Notes: a model not told the origin generated them from the sequence alone. 63,427 nucleotides of DNA, filler included, from Asterionella formosa (GCA_002256025.1; 19 parts of 19 records of this genome joined end to end with filler, not necessarily neighbours in it), one strand, 5' to 3'; positions 33,831 to 47,270 are shown, counted from the first letter of the whole stretch. Translations and numbers: made by a program.

Positions 33831-36830
33831 TGTTGGAGAAATTATTTTAGGAAAAAAATCCTGGTATGAATTACCTACTACATATTGAATCGAATGAATC
33901 AAAAATAATATGGTACCAGAGAAAACTCAGAATTCGAAAACAATCTACATCACCAGTAAAACCCATAATTCTACTAAAACTCTTAGGAACAATTGCAATC
34001 AATTACTGCAACATCGTTGTTCATATCTACAGCCTACTATTTGGTCCCTGATGTGTCCTTACAGGATACAAGAAAGCAATAGAGGGCTTCGGGACGCAAT
34101 TTCAACAGTTTTAGTAGAATTAGCCGGCCAGGAATAGCCGTAATATTACAATCAACAACAGGTGGACAGTTGAGAGTCCGGAGACAAGATTTGAGGGTAC
34201 CAGACCATCCGGAGTCTGACGAAGTCGCACAAGGCGCATCATGAGTGGCAGAGGAAAGTTTTCCAAGAAGGCTCAGACCAAGGGCAAGTTTCAAGCCAAG
34301 GAAGGGAGCAAGCAATAATGCTTCTCACACCATCAAGAAGTCAGTTAATGACTATAACTATACCTCGGATCGGCAAAGCAGGCATCTGATTATGAGACTG
34401 CTACTGAGTATCTCATCAACTACATCAAGAAAGTGATCGACTATGGCAACGACATAGGAACTGTGCTCAGGTTGTTAGAACCAATTAACACATCGGCATG
34501 GAAGCCAAGAATGCAAGTGAGCATTGCAACAACAGAAGTAGATCGCACTGCAGAGAATCGGCAATATGAGATTGAATTCAAGGCTGATTATGATACCTAC
34601 AGTAAAAGGGTACAGGCCGACGAAAATGATAATACCAAGGCGTTGCTCTGGGAAAGATGCAACAAAGCCATGAAGAACAAGATCGAAGCGAGATCCGATT
34701 ACAATAGGATCGAAAATGACTCAATAACATTGCTTATGGCAATTAAAGAACACGCACTAAATTTTCAAGAAAATCGATATTCTATGTCGATCATTTTAGA
34801 TGCAATGAGAACGCTTTTATTTAAAAAGCAAAAGGAAGGAGAAAGTCTACAAGACTACACCAAGAGATTTCGTGTGGCACGAGATATGCTCAAGTCACAC
34901 ATGGGAAGACCCATTATCCTCACCAAGTTTGTTGAAGCCATGGATGGATACAAAGAGACCGACATCAAGCTATGAGATAAATTTCGCAAACAAGCTTTCA
35001 GTCAATTTATTGCCTATTTATACCTCGATAATGCGGATAAAGCCAAATATGGATCAATTATGACTGCGCTGAACACTCAACAGTCACTCGGCAACGATCA
35101 ATACCCGAAGGGTATCACCAAATCAAATAATGTTCTCAGTAACCATCGGTTTGACATAACAAATAAACCCAACAGTCACAAGAAACCAGGAGATCATAAT
35201 AAAGACAGAGAACAAAATGATGCAGGGAAGGAAGATCAAGATGTGAACTTATCGTTTGCACAGTTAGAGGGAAAATGATACTGCTGTGGAAGAGCAGGAC
35301 ATAAATCCCCTTCATGTCGAGATAAGAATAAACCCAAAGAGGAATGGGCAATCAACAAGGCGCAACAAAGCCATGCACAGGCACAGGCTACTACATTGGA
35401 TACGAGTACAGTTACCTCTGTTAATTCCAACAACCCACTGTCATCACAAGCTTCACAACAAGCAAATGTCAATCTATTTGGATGGGCGGGAGCTCATATC
35501 AAACTACAATTTTACGAAGCATCTGAGATGCGTGAATGGATACTTTGGATAATCAATCAAGTTTCACAGTCTTTTGCAATCCAAAAATGGTTGAAAACAT
35601 TCAAATGTCAACCAATGGAAGCATGCAACTGGCCATAAATGGTGGATCCATGGTCACTAATATGAAGGCTGATCTGCCAAAATGGGGAGAAGTATGGTTT
35701 AATGAGAAGGCAATCAGCCACCAACATCTTTAGTTCTGCCGAAATGGCAGATAGGTACAGGATTACCTACAACTCTGAGTAAGAAGATGCATTTATTGTT
35801 CATTTGCCTGACAAACCAGTTCGATTCGAAAGAATTGGGATGAATTGTATGTTTTCAAGCCTCCTACAACAATAAAGGCGGAGAAAGCTCAAATGTTAAT
35901 TACAGTTGAAGAAAACAAAAAAATTTACATAGAACGTCATTTTGAGAGAGCCAAGCAAGCTCGTGATCTATTTCATGCCTTGGGCACACCATCGATTAAC
36001 GATTTCAAGGCAATAATTCGTATGAATACGATCAAAAACAATCCAGTGACTACCATGATATCAAAATTGCAGAGAAAATGTTTGGACCTGACATCGGAAC
36101 ACTAAAAGGCAAGACAACTCATCGCAAGCTGCTGCCAGTCGTGAACGACTACATCAAGATCCCTGAGGAGCTTATTCAAGCTCAACGCGAAGTGACTCTT
36201 TGCATGGATGGAATGAAAGTAAATGGACAATCATTTCTCACAACAATTTCTTGAAACATTATGTATAGGACAGCGCAATGGGTCAAGAGTCAGACAGCTG
36301 ATGTCTATCGAGATGCTTTGACTCAGGTATTCCGTGTTTATAATACCAGAGGATTTAAAATTACAACAATCACTGTGACAACGAGTTTCGACCTCTGATG
36401 GAAAAAATTTCCAATGAATTTCAAGTCACTATGAACTACACAAACCCACAAGAACATGTTCCTGAAGCGGAGCGAAATAATCGAGTGATTAAAGAACACG
36501 TGCGCGCAGCTTATCATCGATTACCTTTCAAACATTTGCCTTATATAAAACCCGAACTACCGAACCGAATGAAGGCGATTGGGCAAAATTAGTCAAGATC
36601 ATGAATTTCTTGAAAGCAACTCAGAATGAGGTTGCATCCATGAGTGCTGATGACACTCAGAGCATGAAATGGTATGTTGATGCGGCGTTTGCAGTACACA
36701 AATATTTTAAAAATCACACAGGAGCTACATTGTCACTTGGAAAAGGAATTATTTGTTCTATGTCTACGAAACAGAAAGTGAACACTAGAAGTTCGACTGA
36801 AGCAGAATTGGTTGGTGTCAATGACATTAT
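33831..36830 (+). mobile_element. Degenerate, internally deleted Ty1/Copia (CoDi-like) element; putative 5' LTR 33831-34013
   Basis: TGTTG...CAACA LTR candidate; gag from 34241 with YCCGRAGHKSPSC; protease LDNQSS; integrase CDNEF and EAERNNRVIKE; then directly RNase H YVDAAFAVH and RSSTEAELVG. The RT is missing. Confidence 0.9.
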
Positions 36831-38611
36831 AAAGCAATAATTTTTATAGCGCATTAGTACTAGCCTATTTATAGGATTGTATTTGTTGCGCTCCATTTGC
36901 GCTGTGTGCAGAACCATTCTGAGTTCGAATGATTTCTTCTCTGTAAACTCTTAGCTAATTGAATGATTATGAACATAGAATCACTGCACATGACGATTTC
37001 TCAAAGATATAATGATCACTTGACCAACAATTGAAGACTTTGTTGCAAACAATCATTCCAGTTGTCATCGCTAGTATTTCGTTGTTGTTGCAAAAATCGG
37101 AGTGATGACGGATGGAAATGACGAGCCAAATTACATTGCTTTAGCTGGTATATTATCCTACCAAGAAATTCGAATACAGGAATCTAATAGAAACAATACA
37201 TATAATAATGAAATCCATGTAGTCAAAAGGGTTTCTATTTAAATTACAAGGGCATTTATCAAAATTTTTAGATGATATAACGAAAAATTATGATCAGCAG
37301 ATGATCACAATCCAATGATGCATCATGGAAATATGATAGTTTTTATTTGCAGACGTAATGAACTAACTAATATCGTGCCAAAGGGCAAAAGAGGGGATCG
37401 ATTTTAGCATACTTCTGGAATTAGTCGGAAAACGATATAATAACGTGGCTCAAAGCCATTCTTAACTGGTACCATACCCTTATATAAGTATGCAGTACTG
37501 GTATTTATAGTTACCCATCATTTAAACAATGATATACCGGTACACGTAATTATTGAACGACTATGCGAATCTTTATGTGCCAGTTGTTCAATATAAATAC
37601 AGCAGCAGCTGGCAGCATGACAAACAGCACGCCAAGGCACACAAACAACTCATGATTTACGGAGCCCTGTTATCATATGACATTAACACAGAATCAGAAA
37701 GCAACAATACTCAATCCTGGATTTCATCCGAATGCTCCTGAATTGAAAGGGTTTGCTGCAGCAATGTCAATTGAATCCTCGACTCAAATAAAAGAACTCT
37801 GCAATACAGTTGAATGGTGAGTGTGTTCTTGTTGTTTACCTAAATGCTAGTATGGCTTGTCAGCTCACGCATTGTTGTTGACAACAGGCAGGGACAATGA
37901 GGTCCGGAATGAACTGTGTGTTGCTTTCTGCTGAAGCTAGTTCTATCATATACATTACTGAAACACTGTCGTTATGAAAATCTCTGCAGGTCAATGAAGA
38001 AGTCATTTCAAGTACAAGAAGGAAATCAGTGTGTGAGGATGCATTCATGTTGCAACTTCGTAGAATGATGCCTGTTCAAGAGTGAATAATTTCCCCCTTC
38101 TGAATGAATGGCTTCTCCTCGTCTTGTAATGTCCTTACAGATGTCTCATAATGCCTGCCTTCTCAAGACTGAAGATTCCATTCTGATAGAACAGCTTTGT
38201 TTGATTGCATATCGAGATTTGTTTCCCATGTAATGTGAAATACCGGTAGTTGAATTAGTAATCAACATTATTTGATAGTACTTTTAAATTACGTAAAAAT
38301 TTAATACATTACGTGAACTATATTATAGAATTACGTGAACAAAAATTTAAGGCAATGTGAACTGAATTACAGAATTAATTGAAGTATTTCAAATAATTAT
38401 GTGAAGTATTTCAAATAATTATGTGAAGGTGATCACGTAATATAGTGATGATCAGGAATGCATGCATGATACTCTGATCAAATAATGAACGTGATGTATT
38501 CAGATAATATANNNNNNNNNNNNNNNNNNNNNNNNNNNNNNNNNNNNNNNNNNNNTTAATTAATTAANNNNNNNNNNNNNNNNNNNNNNNNNNNNNNNNN
38601 NNNNNNNNNNN

Positions 38612-38755
38612 TCTCGTGTAGACCTTGCATTTCCACCAGATGTCCCCACTGATGCTCAAGACTTGATCAGAAAAATGCTGCAGAAGGACCCTCGCATGCG
38701 ATTGTCGTTAAAAAAAATTCCTAGTCACCCTTGGGTCATTCGGCATACCAAGTAA
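38612..38755 (+). CDS. Ser/Thr kinase C-terminal fragment, Aurora-like (5' partial)
   Basis: SRVDLAFPPDVPTDAQDLIRKMLQKDPRMRLSLKKIPSHPWVIRHTK*, kinase subdomain XI. Not in the ORF track. Confidence 0.8.
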   Translation, partial: SRVDLAFPPDVPTDAQDLIRKMLQKDPRMRLSLKKIPSHPWVIRHTK

Positions 38756-39585
38756 ATGAATTACAGATTGGATATGAGGCCTTCGTCACTTGTGCATTAG
38801 ATAGATTAGATTCAATTCTCGCAACTTTGGCGGACACTGCGACAGACTCATAGACTCATGATCACTACAGAGTGCAATTACTATGTGATAGAATCAGATT
38901 GCATATAGGGTACCAGAAATATCATATACTACTACATACCATAGAGATGGCAAAGACTTACTATGCAATATGCTGGACCCTTCAGACATCGATCGTTAAA
39001 AAGAAGTGGTACACAAATTCAATATTTTATTTGTTCCGAACTCTTTCTCTATATATAGCTCTGAACATGTGTTCTGGTAGGGAGTAAAATTATATCTACA
39101 TTGAGCAATGTTGATATAACATAAACATCTTCATTCTTTTTGAAATGGAACTCTATCAATGTGGTGCCAATTTCTACTTAGTTTAAATATTCAGACACAT
39201 TCTAGCGTTATGAGAAAAGTACAAAGAAACAAAATCCCTGTTCCATGCCAATTTTACAACCCTAGCCATGTTATACTTTAAATTAGGGTTAAGCCAGGGC
39301 CTAAGGTTGCTCCATTTGAAACCCTAGTAGGCAAAATTTAAAATATTCTTTAGGGTTGCCTAAATTCCCTGGAATTAAGAATTTTATTAGCTATTTTTGA
39401 ATGACGGGATTCCATTTGAAATATTTTAATAATCAGTGGAAATTTGCGGATACATTCATTGATTAATAATGTAAACATTCTTCATCACCCTTTATATATA
39501 TACCCTATACTACATCAGCATAGCTATATGTGTCATATGACCCGGCGGGTTGGCAAATATTTGAATGTGCTTTCTGGTGCTAGTA

Positions 39586-39759
39586 TGCATATGATCAATG
39601 ATGATCAGCTACTTGCAGTGGATGCAGTACTGTACCGGCAAGCATCCCAAAAAATGATTCATGCATGTGCATTCCTCAGTGTGGCTGGCGGAAGTTTGCA
39701 ACACCTTGCAGATCAGGCCAATCAAATGGAGATAAGCAAGCAATTCACTTGACCAATCA
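39586..39759 (+). repeat. Dispersed ~165-bp repeat, copy 2
   Basis: Collinear with 4352-4514. Confidence 0.8.
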
Positions 39760-39779
39760 TATTATACATGTGGATGTGG

Positions 39780-40310
39780 GCACTTACAATGGAATTTGTG
39801 GGACAGGAGATTTTGGGACTAAAATTTCCGGAGCACGACTACTATTTGCGCATACTGGTCCAACTTTCTTCACAAAAAACAACAATTTTCCAACCATAGA
39901 ACGATATTCCTTACGGAGAGTCACTTTGTCTGGATTCTTCTGAGAACGATTCCTGGCAATGCTGGGTTCAATGCATCTCTTGGATACTTTCCAAAAAAAT
40001 CATGATAATCTTGGAGCATAACCTGCACAAATCCTCCTTGCTCGACTCCAAGTAGCGTCCCATTTTATCTTGGCCCCAATTGTACCACACTCCCAAATGT
40101 TTCTTCAAAAGGCCAAGCTCCTTTATTGTGAAGTATATCTTGATTTCATTAATTAATCATTTAATACCGTTTGGCTTTCCAGCAATTGCACAATCATCAA
40201 CATGTGTACCAATTATCAGGATAATTGCATTGTTTTCCTTGATGAAGAATACACACGGATCGACCTTGTTTTGCTGCAATCCAACTTTGGTTAAGTTTTG
40301 ATCCATTTTC
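39780..40310 (-). mobile_element. Copia reverse transcriptase fragment
   Basis: KVDPCVFF...IIGTHVDDCAIAG...FTIKELGLLKKHLGV, with stops. Confidence 0.85.
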
Positions 40311-40529
40311 TTGAATGTCCACTTCAGCATAATCTATCTCTTCAATTGATTCTTTTTCCTTCTCATCAAGTTGTAAGTTGCGCCGAGCACTACGTTTGCC
40401 AGTGACTTCTTTCCAACCTTCTGGTAGTTNNNNNNNNNNNNNNNNNNNNNNNNNNNNNNNNNNNNNNNNNNNNTTAATTAATTAANNNNNNNNNNNNNNN
40501 NNNNNNNNNNNNNNNNNNNNNNNNNNNNN

Positions 40530-42347
40530 GGATGATTTAGAACTTAATCGCATGTGCTTGGCTGATCCTTGGACACCAGAGGCGCCAATTGAACATTTAT
40601 GGATCCGCATCAAACATCTTTGTGCCATTGCCAATGCTGGTGGGGAACCTTTCTCTGACAGTACTGTCATGCAATTGACTCTTTCTGCTTTAGAACAGGC
40701 TGGCGTATATTCTCATAGCATTCAAACTTGGCGTGATTGCGCTGAAATGGACCGTACATGGGTTAATTTTTGCCCGCATTTCATGAATGCTGATAAGGAA
40801 CGATTACGCCTTGCCACCGCCACCACCGCCAGTTATCATGGTGCCCATGCTGCTATTCAAACCAGTGGCCCTCCCCCATTGCCAGGTATTGCTGCAGCTG
40901 CTTGTGCTGTCCCTTCTGGATACACTTACAACAATGTCCAATTAGGCTATTGTTGGACTCATGGTCTCACCAAGAACCCTGACCATACCAGTGCAACTTG
41001 CAATCATCCAGCTTCTGGCCATCAACTCACTGCCACCCTTGATCGACGTATGGGTGGCAGCGTCCGTATTTTCAGTGATGGTACCCGTCCCACCTGGCCA
41101 CCCCGTGTTTCACAGCCACCTTCACCACTTGCTTGATGTGGAGGGGAGCAAGTTGCTGTCGATAATACTATTAATACAAACTTATCTCCCATCACTTGTC
41201 CCCCCGTCACACTCATTGCTGATTCTGGTAGTTCTGGCAATTATGCCACTGTTGATTTACCTGTCATCAACAAACGACCTACCACCAACCCAATCACCTT
41301 TCAACTTCCTAACGGCAACCATGTTAAATCTACACATGAGGCCGAATTATCTTTATCTATGCTATTACCCGCTGCTCGTCATGTACACATTGTCCCTGGT
41401 CTGCACAATTGCTCTTTATTGAGCATTGGACAACTATGTGACTCCGGCTACGAGGTACTCTTCACCAAACTGCACATGTCTGTCTTATCCGATGGTCATT
41501 GCATCCTTCAAGGCCATCAATCCACCACCACTCGATTATGGCATGTCACCACCGCCACTATTGATCCACCATTGCCTACCCCTAACCACTACGCTGCTAC
41601 CGCCATTGGCAGTCCCAATGCACCAGCCCTTGTTGCCTTTGCCCATGCAGCCCTCTTTTCTCCTGTTATCTCTACTTTAGAAAGCGCATTACTCCATGGG
41701 TATCTTGTCAATTTTCCAGGTCTAACCTTAACTACACTACGCAAACATCCCCCTCATTCCATCGCAACCATCAAAGGCCACCTTGATCAAACACGTCAAA
41801 ACGTACGATCCACACATTTGCCCCCAACTATCATTGAGCCTGAACTTCTTGCATCCATTCCTACCAATGTGCTGGGTGATGCTGATTGCCACCCTGAGGG
41901 TCTTGCAACCCCTACCCATATGTGTTTTGCGTCCATTATTTGCACCCACAGGCCAAATTTACACTGATCAAACCGGAAAATTCATCCTCCCTTCTAGCAC
42001 TGGAAACAACTACATCATGATTTTATATGATTATGACAGCAACTACATTTTTGTTCAGCCCTTTCATAACCGAACCGCTTCCTGCCTCCTTGCAGCATAT
42101 GAAGCATTACACCAACGTTTGTGCAAAGCTGACCTACGTCCCAAACTTCAACGCCTTGACAACAAGTGTTCTACACTCCTCAAAGAGTTCTTGGAAACCG
42201 AAGCTATTGACTTTCAGTTGGTCCTGCCGGCTGTCCATCATTGCAATGCCACTGAACGCGCAATTCACACCTTTCAAAACCATTTCATTGCCGGTCTATG
42301 CAGTGTTGACAAAACCTTTCCTCTCCACTTGTGGGACCAACTATTAG
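40530..42347 (+). mobile_element. CoDi-like Copia element: gag, protease, integrase
   Basis: gag YCWTHG..H.S..C...GH...RMGG; protease IADSGSSGNY and LLSIGQLCDSG; integrase YTDQTGKF, YDYDSNYI, ERAIHTFQNHF. Frameshift near 41940. Confidence 0.92.
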
Positions 42348-42447
42348 NNNNNNNNNNNNNNNNNNNNNNNNNNNNNNNNNNNNNNNNNNNNTTAATTAAT
42401 TAANNNNNNNNNNNNNNNNNNNNNNNNNNNNNNNNNNNNNNNNNNNN

Positions 42448-43653
42448 AGCAATGCCCAACGTGGGCGGAAGAAGAAGAGAACACGAAAGAAACGAACAGT
42501 CATTGAGGTGGACGAGTTGAAAACGCATCTTGAAACCCTCGATCGTCAAGCCGAGCGCCATTTTGTAGCTGATTTTTTGGATGACCTCGAAGCAAGCATT
42601 GAAGGACTCCTTAGTTTGGGATCTATGAATAGCAAATCTTTCGAACAGGAGGACGACGATGAGGAAACAAGAAACCCAGATGAACGGGGAAGGAGAGCAC
42701 ACAAGCAAGCACCTGACAAAGTCTATTCCAAGATTCCCAATAGAAATCAATCGGGTCAGCGATCTTTGGCAACTGACGACCTGGAAAAGCCTTCCCCTGT
42801 GTCAATTTCCAGACGTCAACGAAACGAGAGATTACGAAAGTCGCAAATCGAGAACAATGCTGGCAATGGAAAGGGTGACCTCACCGCGAGGCAACTGTCC
42901 TACGAGTTCCCTAATATTGAGTTCCCTAATATTGTCCTTGAACAAAAAAGTGCTTGCAAAGTCAACGAAGATAGCAACAGCACTGTTATCACCTCGGACT
43001 CGCTCAGCACTCTCAGTGCCAGTATTGTTGACAAAAAATTTGCAATGAACACGTCAACCGGTATGCGCTCCCCCAGCTTGGACAGGCTGCCAGAAGAAGG
43101 GAACGTTCTGAACACATCTGAAGACGCCATTAATGGTGATGTAAGCACCGGTAGCCAAAGCAGCATTGTCTTGAAATCGTCAATGGACACTCATTCTGTT
43201 GCTACGCTTGAAGAACCCTTCGATATCGAGCACGACGCCTGCGAAGTTATTGAAGCTGTTGGAAGTTGGTGTGCAATAGAAGACATCGAGGATTCTAGCG
43301 GCATCCGTGCAACAGTCCAGGCCGCGAATCGAGCGTCGTTAGATCGCAATGAGGAGGTTCAGAGTCCGATTTTAAGCATAGACACCGGTGATGACCAAGA
43401 CGGCTCCCAACAAGGCGAAAATCTCAAGTCAGACCATACACAAGAGGACTTCCGCATCCACCTCATGGCATACCTCAATTCCTTTACAGTTCTTTTGAGT
43501 GAAGTGGGGGCGACACTGATTCCGACGTCTTTACAGGAGACCATTATGCTGTCGGAAGAAGATCTGGATGGAATGCTTGGCATCCTTCGCAGTGAAATGG
43601 AAAACATCCCAGATGATTTTGATGGCCTGGAAGAGTTCGAAGAACTATTGTGA
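42448..43653 (+). CDS. Hypothetical acidic, largely disordered protein (5' partial)
   Basis: About 400-codon open frame running from the contig edge; no recognised domain. Confidence 0.65.
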   Translation, partial: SNAQRGRKKKRTRKKRTVIEVDELKTHLETLDRQAERHFVADFLDDLEASIEGLLSLGSMNSKSFEQEDDDEETRNPDERGRRAHKQAPDKVYSKIPNRNQSGQRSLATDDLEKPSPVSISRRQRNERLRKSQIENNAGNGKGDLTARQLSYEFPNIEFPNIVLEQKSACKVNEDSNSTVITSDSLSTLSASIVDKKFAMNTSTGMRSPSLDRLPEEGNVLNTSEDAINGDVSTGSQSSIVLKSSMDTHSVATLEEPFDIEHDACEVIEAVGSWCAIEDIEDSSGIRATVQAANRASLDRNEEVQSPILSIDTGDDQDGSQQGENLKSDHTQEDFRIHLMAYLNSFTVLLSEVGATLIPTSLQETIMLSEEDLDGMLGILRSEMENIPDDFDGLEEFEELL

Positions 43654-44366
43654 TTTTTAAAATTAATTGATCTGTTCTGACATAATTTTATGATAAATAT
43701 TGATCAATCTAACTATTGTGAAACAGTTACATCATCAAGATATGTATTTTATGCTCCTCTCGCAAATCTAGTGTCGTGGGTATAAACGTACTTTATGCTT
43801 GTCCATTTCTCATAAGGACAATTCATGATGAAGAAAATAGGGTCAGACAGTATCTCAGATCCACCAAATGAGGGCAACATTTTAATTAGAATGCAGAAAG
43901 AAGTGACAAAAGCATTGTATTTGAAATTGGAGCTAACTAATATTGTTGAGAACATCTAGGCACATTCAATTCGAAATAGCCTATGTCAAGATCAGACATT
44001 GTGGTCAGTGGTCTGAAGAGGTATTGCCTCTCACTAAGCTAAGTGTTTTCCCTAGATGTCTATGACTGAACCATTTATGTGGTTACTAAACATAGTCTCA
44101 CTATCCCTATATGTCAGATCCATCAAGGTAGTAGGTTAGTTTCTACAACAGCAGAGCTTGGGAAATACTTCAATAGTGTAAATGAGTAGCTACTTCTTTA
44201 TATTTAGAAGTCTGATCTACAGATTCTAGCCAATTTACAAATGGTCGAGACTGGCTAATTGGTGCNNNNNNNNNNNNNNNNNNNNNNNNNNNNNNNNNNN
44301 NNNNNNNNNTTAATTAATTAANNNNNNNNNNNNNNNNNNNNNNNNNNNNNNNNNNNNNNNNNNNNA

Positions 44367-44792
44367 GCCTCGTTGGAGAGATTTGTCGCCATGACAGTAA
44401 TGTTCCACGAGCTTGGTACCAATGTTCAGAAATTCTTCCCCGCGATTTCCCTTGGATATCTAGGTTACAGTACAGATCGAACTCATAGCATGATGCGGAT
44501 AGCAACCACAGCTTCTCCAGTATCTGGAGCTGATGTTCGCGAGCGCATCGCAACAATGAAGGCTACCCAAGTCATTCTTCAATCTGTACGTACTATCTCG
44601 AATGCATGGTTCAACTACTGGAGACGCGAAGCCAAGCGTCTGCTGAAGCAAAATTCTATGGGGCTACTGGTAGATATTTCCGATGAAAGGTTCCACGTTT
44701 TTAACGGATGCGCGTCAGGCAGCAGCGACGAATTTGTCAAGCTCAGATTTGATTCAGACTGTGAGAGTACCGAGAGTGAAATCTACTTCTGA
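44367..44792 (+). CDS. Hypothetical protein C-terminus (5' partial)
   Basis: Open from the contig edge; LERFVAMTVMFHELG...DRTHSMMRIATTASPVSG looks like a folded conserved region; function unknown. Confidence 0.6.
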   Translation, partial: ASLERFVAMTVMFHELGTNVQKFFPAISLGYLGYSTDRTHSMMRIATTASPVSGADVRERIATMKATQVILQSVRTISNAWFNYWRREAKRLLKQNSMGLLVDISDERFHVFNGCASGSSDEFVKLRFDSDCESTESEIYF

Positions 44793-46399
44793 ATGGTGAT
44801 TCGCTACATGGGCATAATCTGTCACAGTTGCGGGTTTTTGGAACCCAAAAAGGCTTTGATAAGGAGGAATCCCTCCATGCATATATTTATCGATTGTGCT
44901 TCTGTAAAATGTGAAGATCTCATCTAGAATGCGAACGAATGAGGAGGCTATTGACGTATACAAAGAGAATGAAGCGATGATGAAAGAAGGAAAGAATCAA
45001 AATAAAATAAAGAAAGTGTTATCAACGTTTCAATATCTAGTTCCGAGGGAAATCGGGAAGAAGAATTCCAGGGTGGTCTGTCAGAATATCAACCGGTCTG
45101 ACCTGTGTACATGTATATTTATTTAATATAGTAGAATGAAAGAATATTACATCTGATGTCTTGTTGTTCTCCATCTTGTAATTCAATGGTGAAGTTTCTG
45201 GAGTCTAGTTTGGGTTAGCAATTATTTCGGCATCATCAATCTATATACAAGCCTGTGCCACCTGACGTCAATATAGCTACCTCGACTTCATCAATGAAGA
45301 AAGTATGATGGGCGGAGCATGTGAGAAAAAAACCGGGGTTGAGGTGAGCTGTTGTCTTGATGCCAACGTGCTTGGCTGAACTTGCAGGTGAAGGCATTGA
45401 GTAGCCTGTGTCTGTGTGGCCAAAGGTTAAAGAAAAAACTATGACAAGATTGGCTAGACAGTGCTGTTTAGGAGCAAAAGTTATCATAGCTGAATGCATT
45501 CGGAAATTTGTATGGACAATATATGATGGTGTGCCATGGCTGCTTTGGGCTGACAGTTGCCAAGTCAATGTACAAACACAACAAGGTTGCACAAAAGATG
45601 GTCCCATTTTACTTGACTGGCTGATACATAGTTTTGAGACTCACCATTCTGCAATGGGTTGGACTTTGATCATTGCTTTGTTCGAAGCACAATCAATTTG
45701 AATGTTGTCCAGTGAAGCAATGAAAACAATTTTGGCGAAAAAGCGCAGAACAGATCAAGAGATTTCATAGGAATTGAAATAATGGGGCATATATGATGCA
45801 CTGCTCCTTGTGTATATTTGATCATTTCCATATTTCACATACAGTTGCATGGATGACTCCTCCCTTTCATAATATGATTATTTTGGCAGATATAGCAAAA
45901 TGTTTTGATTTGGCAGGTAAAGTAACCTTTACTCAAATCCTTTGGGTCATGGGGTCATTTCCTGATTTGACTACCAGGTAAGGTTTAATTCATCTGCCGA
46001 ATCAAAGACATTGTGATATATCTGCCAAAGTGATCAAAACAACCAATATTATTTAATACTTTTACTGTGATCTCAGCATATTTTTGTTACAGATGAATGA
46101 TCATGATGAACCAGCCAGTTTAAAGTCGTTTCAATTTAGAAAGTTGCTGCCATGATCATCACATCGTCATTTATTCTTCCAGTNNNNNNNNNNNNNNNNN
46201 NNNNNNNNNNNNNNNNNNNNNNNNNNNTTAATTAATTAANNNNNNNNNNNNNNNNNNNNNNNNNNNNNNNNNNNNNNNNNNNNATGGGACCATGGATTGT
46301 TGGTTTCGAGATCAGGGAGGGTGATAAAATATATGGAATCCAACGAATCGAGAATCAATATTCTTAGTAGTGATTAGAAACCAAGACCCAAAACATCTC

Positions 46400-46585
46400 G
46401 TCATTTATTGACAAATGACTGGAGATGTTTACTTATTGACAAATGACCGGACTGGAGATGTTTACTTATTGACAAATGACTGGAGATGTTACTTATTGAC
46501 AAGTGAATCAGATGCTCACTTATTGTCAAAAGAATAAGTGCTGCTCACTTATTGTCAAATGAATATGCTTACTTATTGTCAAAGT
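46400..46585. repeat. Minisatellite, about 7 degenerate 23-32 bp units
   Basis: Core ACTTATTG(A/T)CAAA. Confidence 0.9.
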
Positions 46586-47154
46586 AAGCAAGATCATTTT
46601 GACGGGATCAAGGAAAGTGTGAGAAGTCTTGTTCGGGATTACATGAGTAATCAGGCAAGAACAAGACTAGATAGACTATTAACAGAAAGCTCACAATATT
46701 ACAAAGTGTAAAGTGAAAATACGTTTTCAGCTTTAGAGATCTTAAAAGTAAGATCTGTGATATTTCAACTAGACAATTTAACACAATCATACAGGTTGGT
46801 AGAGAAAGATCCTCAAATGGAGTCCACTATAATATATAAGCCAAATAAAGGTGCATATACCGTATATAGGAAAAAGATATTTCATCCCTACCCTAACCCT
46901 AGACTCCTCCATGGTGCATCTGAAGAAAAAATTTATACTGGACAGCCAACAGCTACCTGGTACCAGCCAGCAGTAAAACCAACAGGGTATGATATTAATT
47001 ATATAGCACACATTAGTAGAATTAAACATTTGGTAAATGTTTTTCTCTGTGTCCAGTGATGAATGGATTTGTTGTGATTTGCACTGCAGCTGTATATATC
47101 GTGTTTCCACTTTCCTTTACTAATAAGGGTCATTGAGAAAATCTATTTGTATTC

Positions 47155-47270
47155 GCAAATTCTAGTTGCTGTGAGTAAGCAAGTTCTAGTCATAGTCAGC
47201 AAATTTTAGTAATTGTCAGCAAATTCTAGTCATTGACAGCAAATCCTAGTCATTGTCAGCAAGTTCTAAA
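47155..47270. repeat. Minisatellite, about 5 copies of 20-21 bp
   Basis: TTCTAGTCATTGTCAGCAAA-like units. Confidence 0.85.

Noticed and set aside
46400..46585. CRISPR-like array
   Set aside because: The units are degenerate tandem copies with no unique spacers, there are no cas genes, and the context is eukaryotic.
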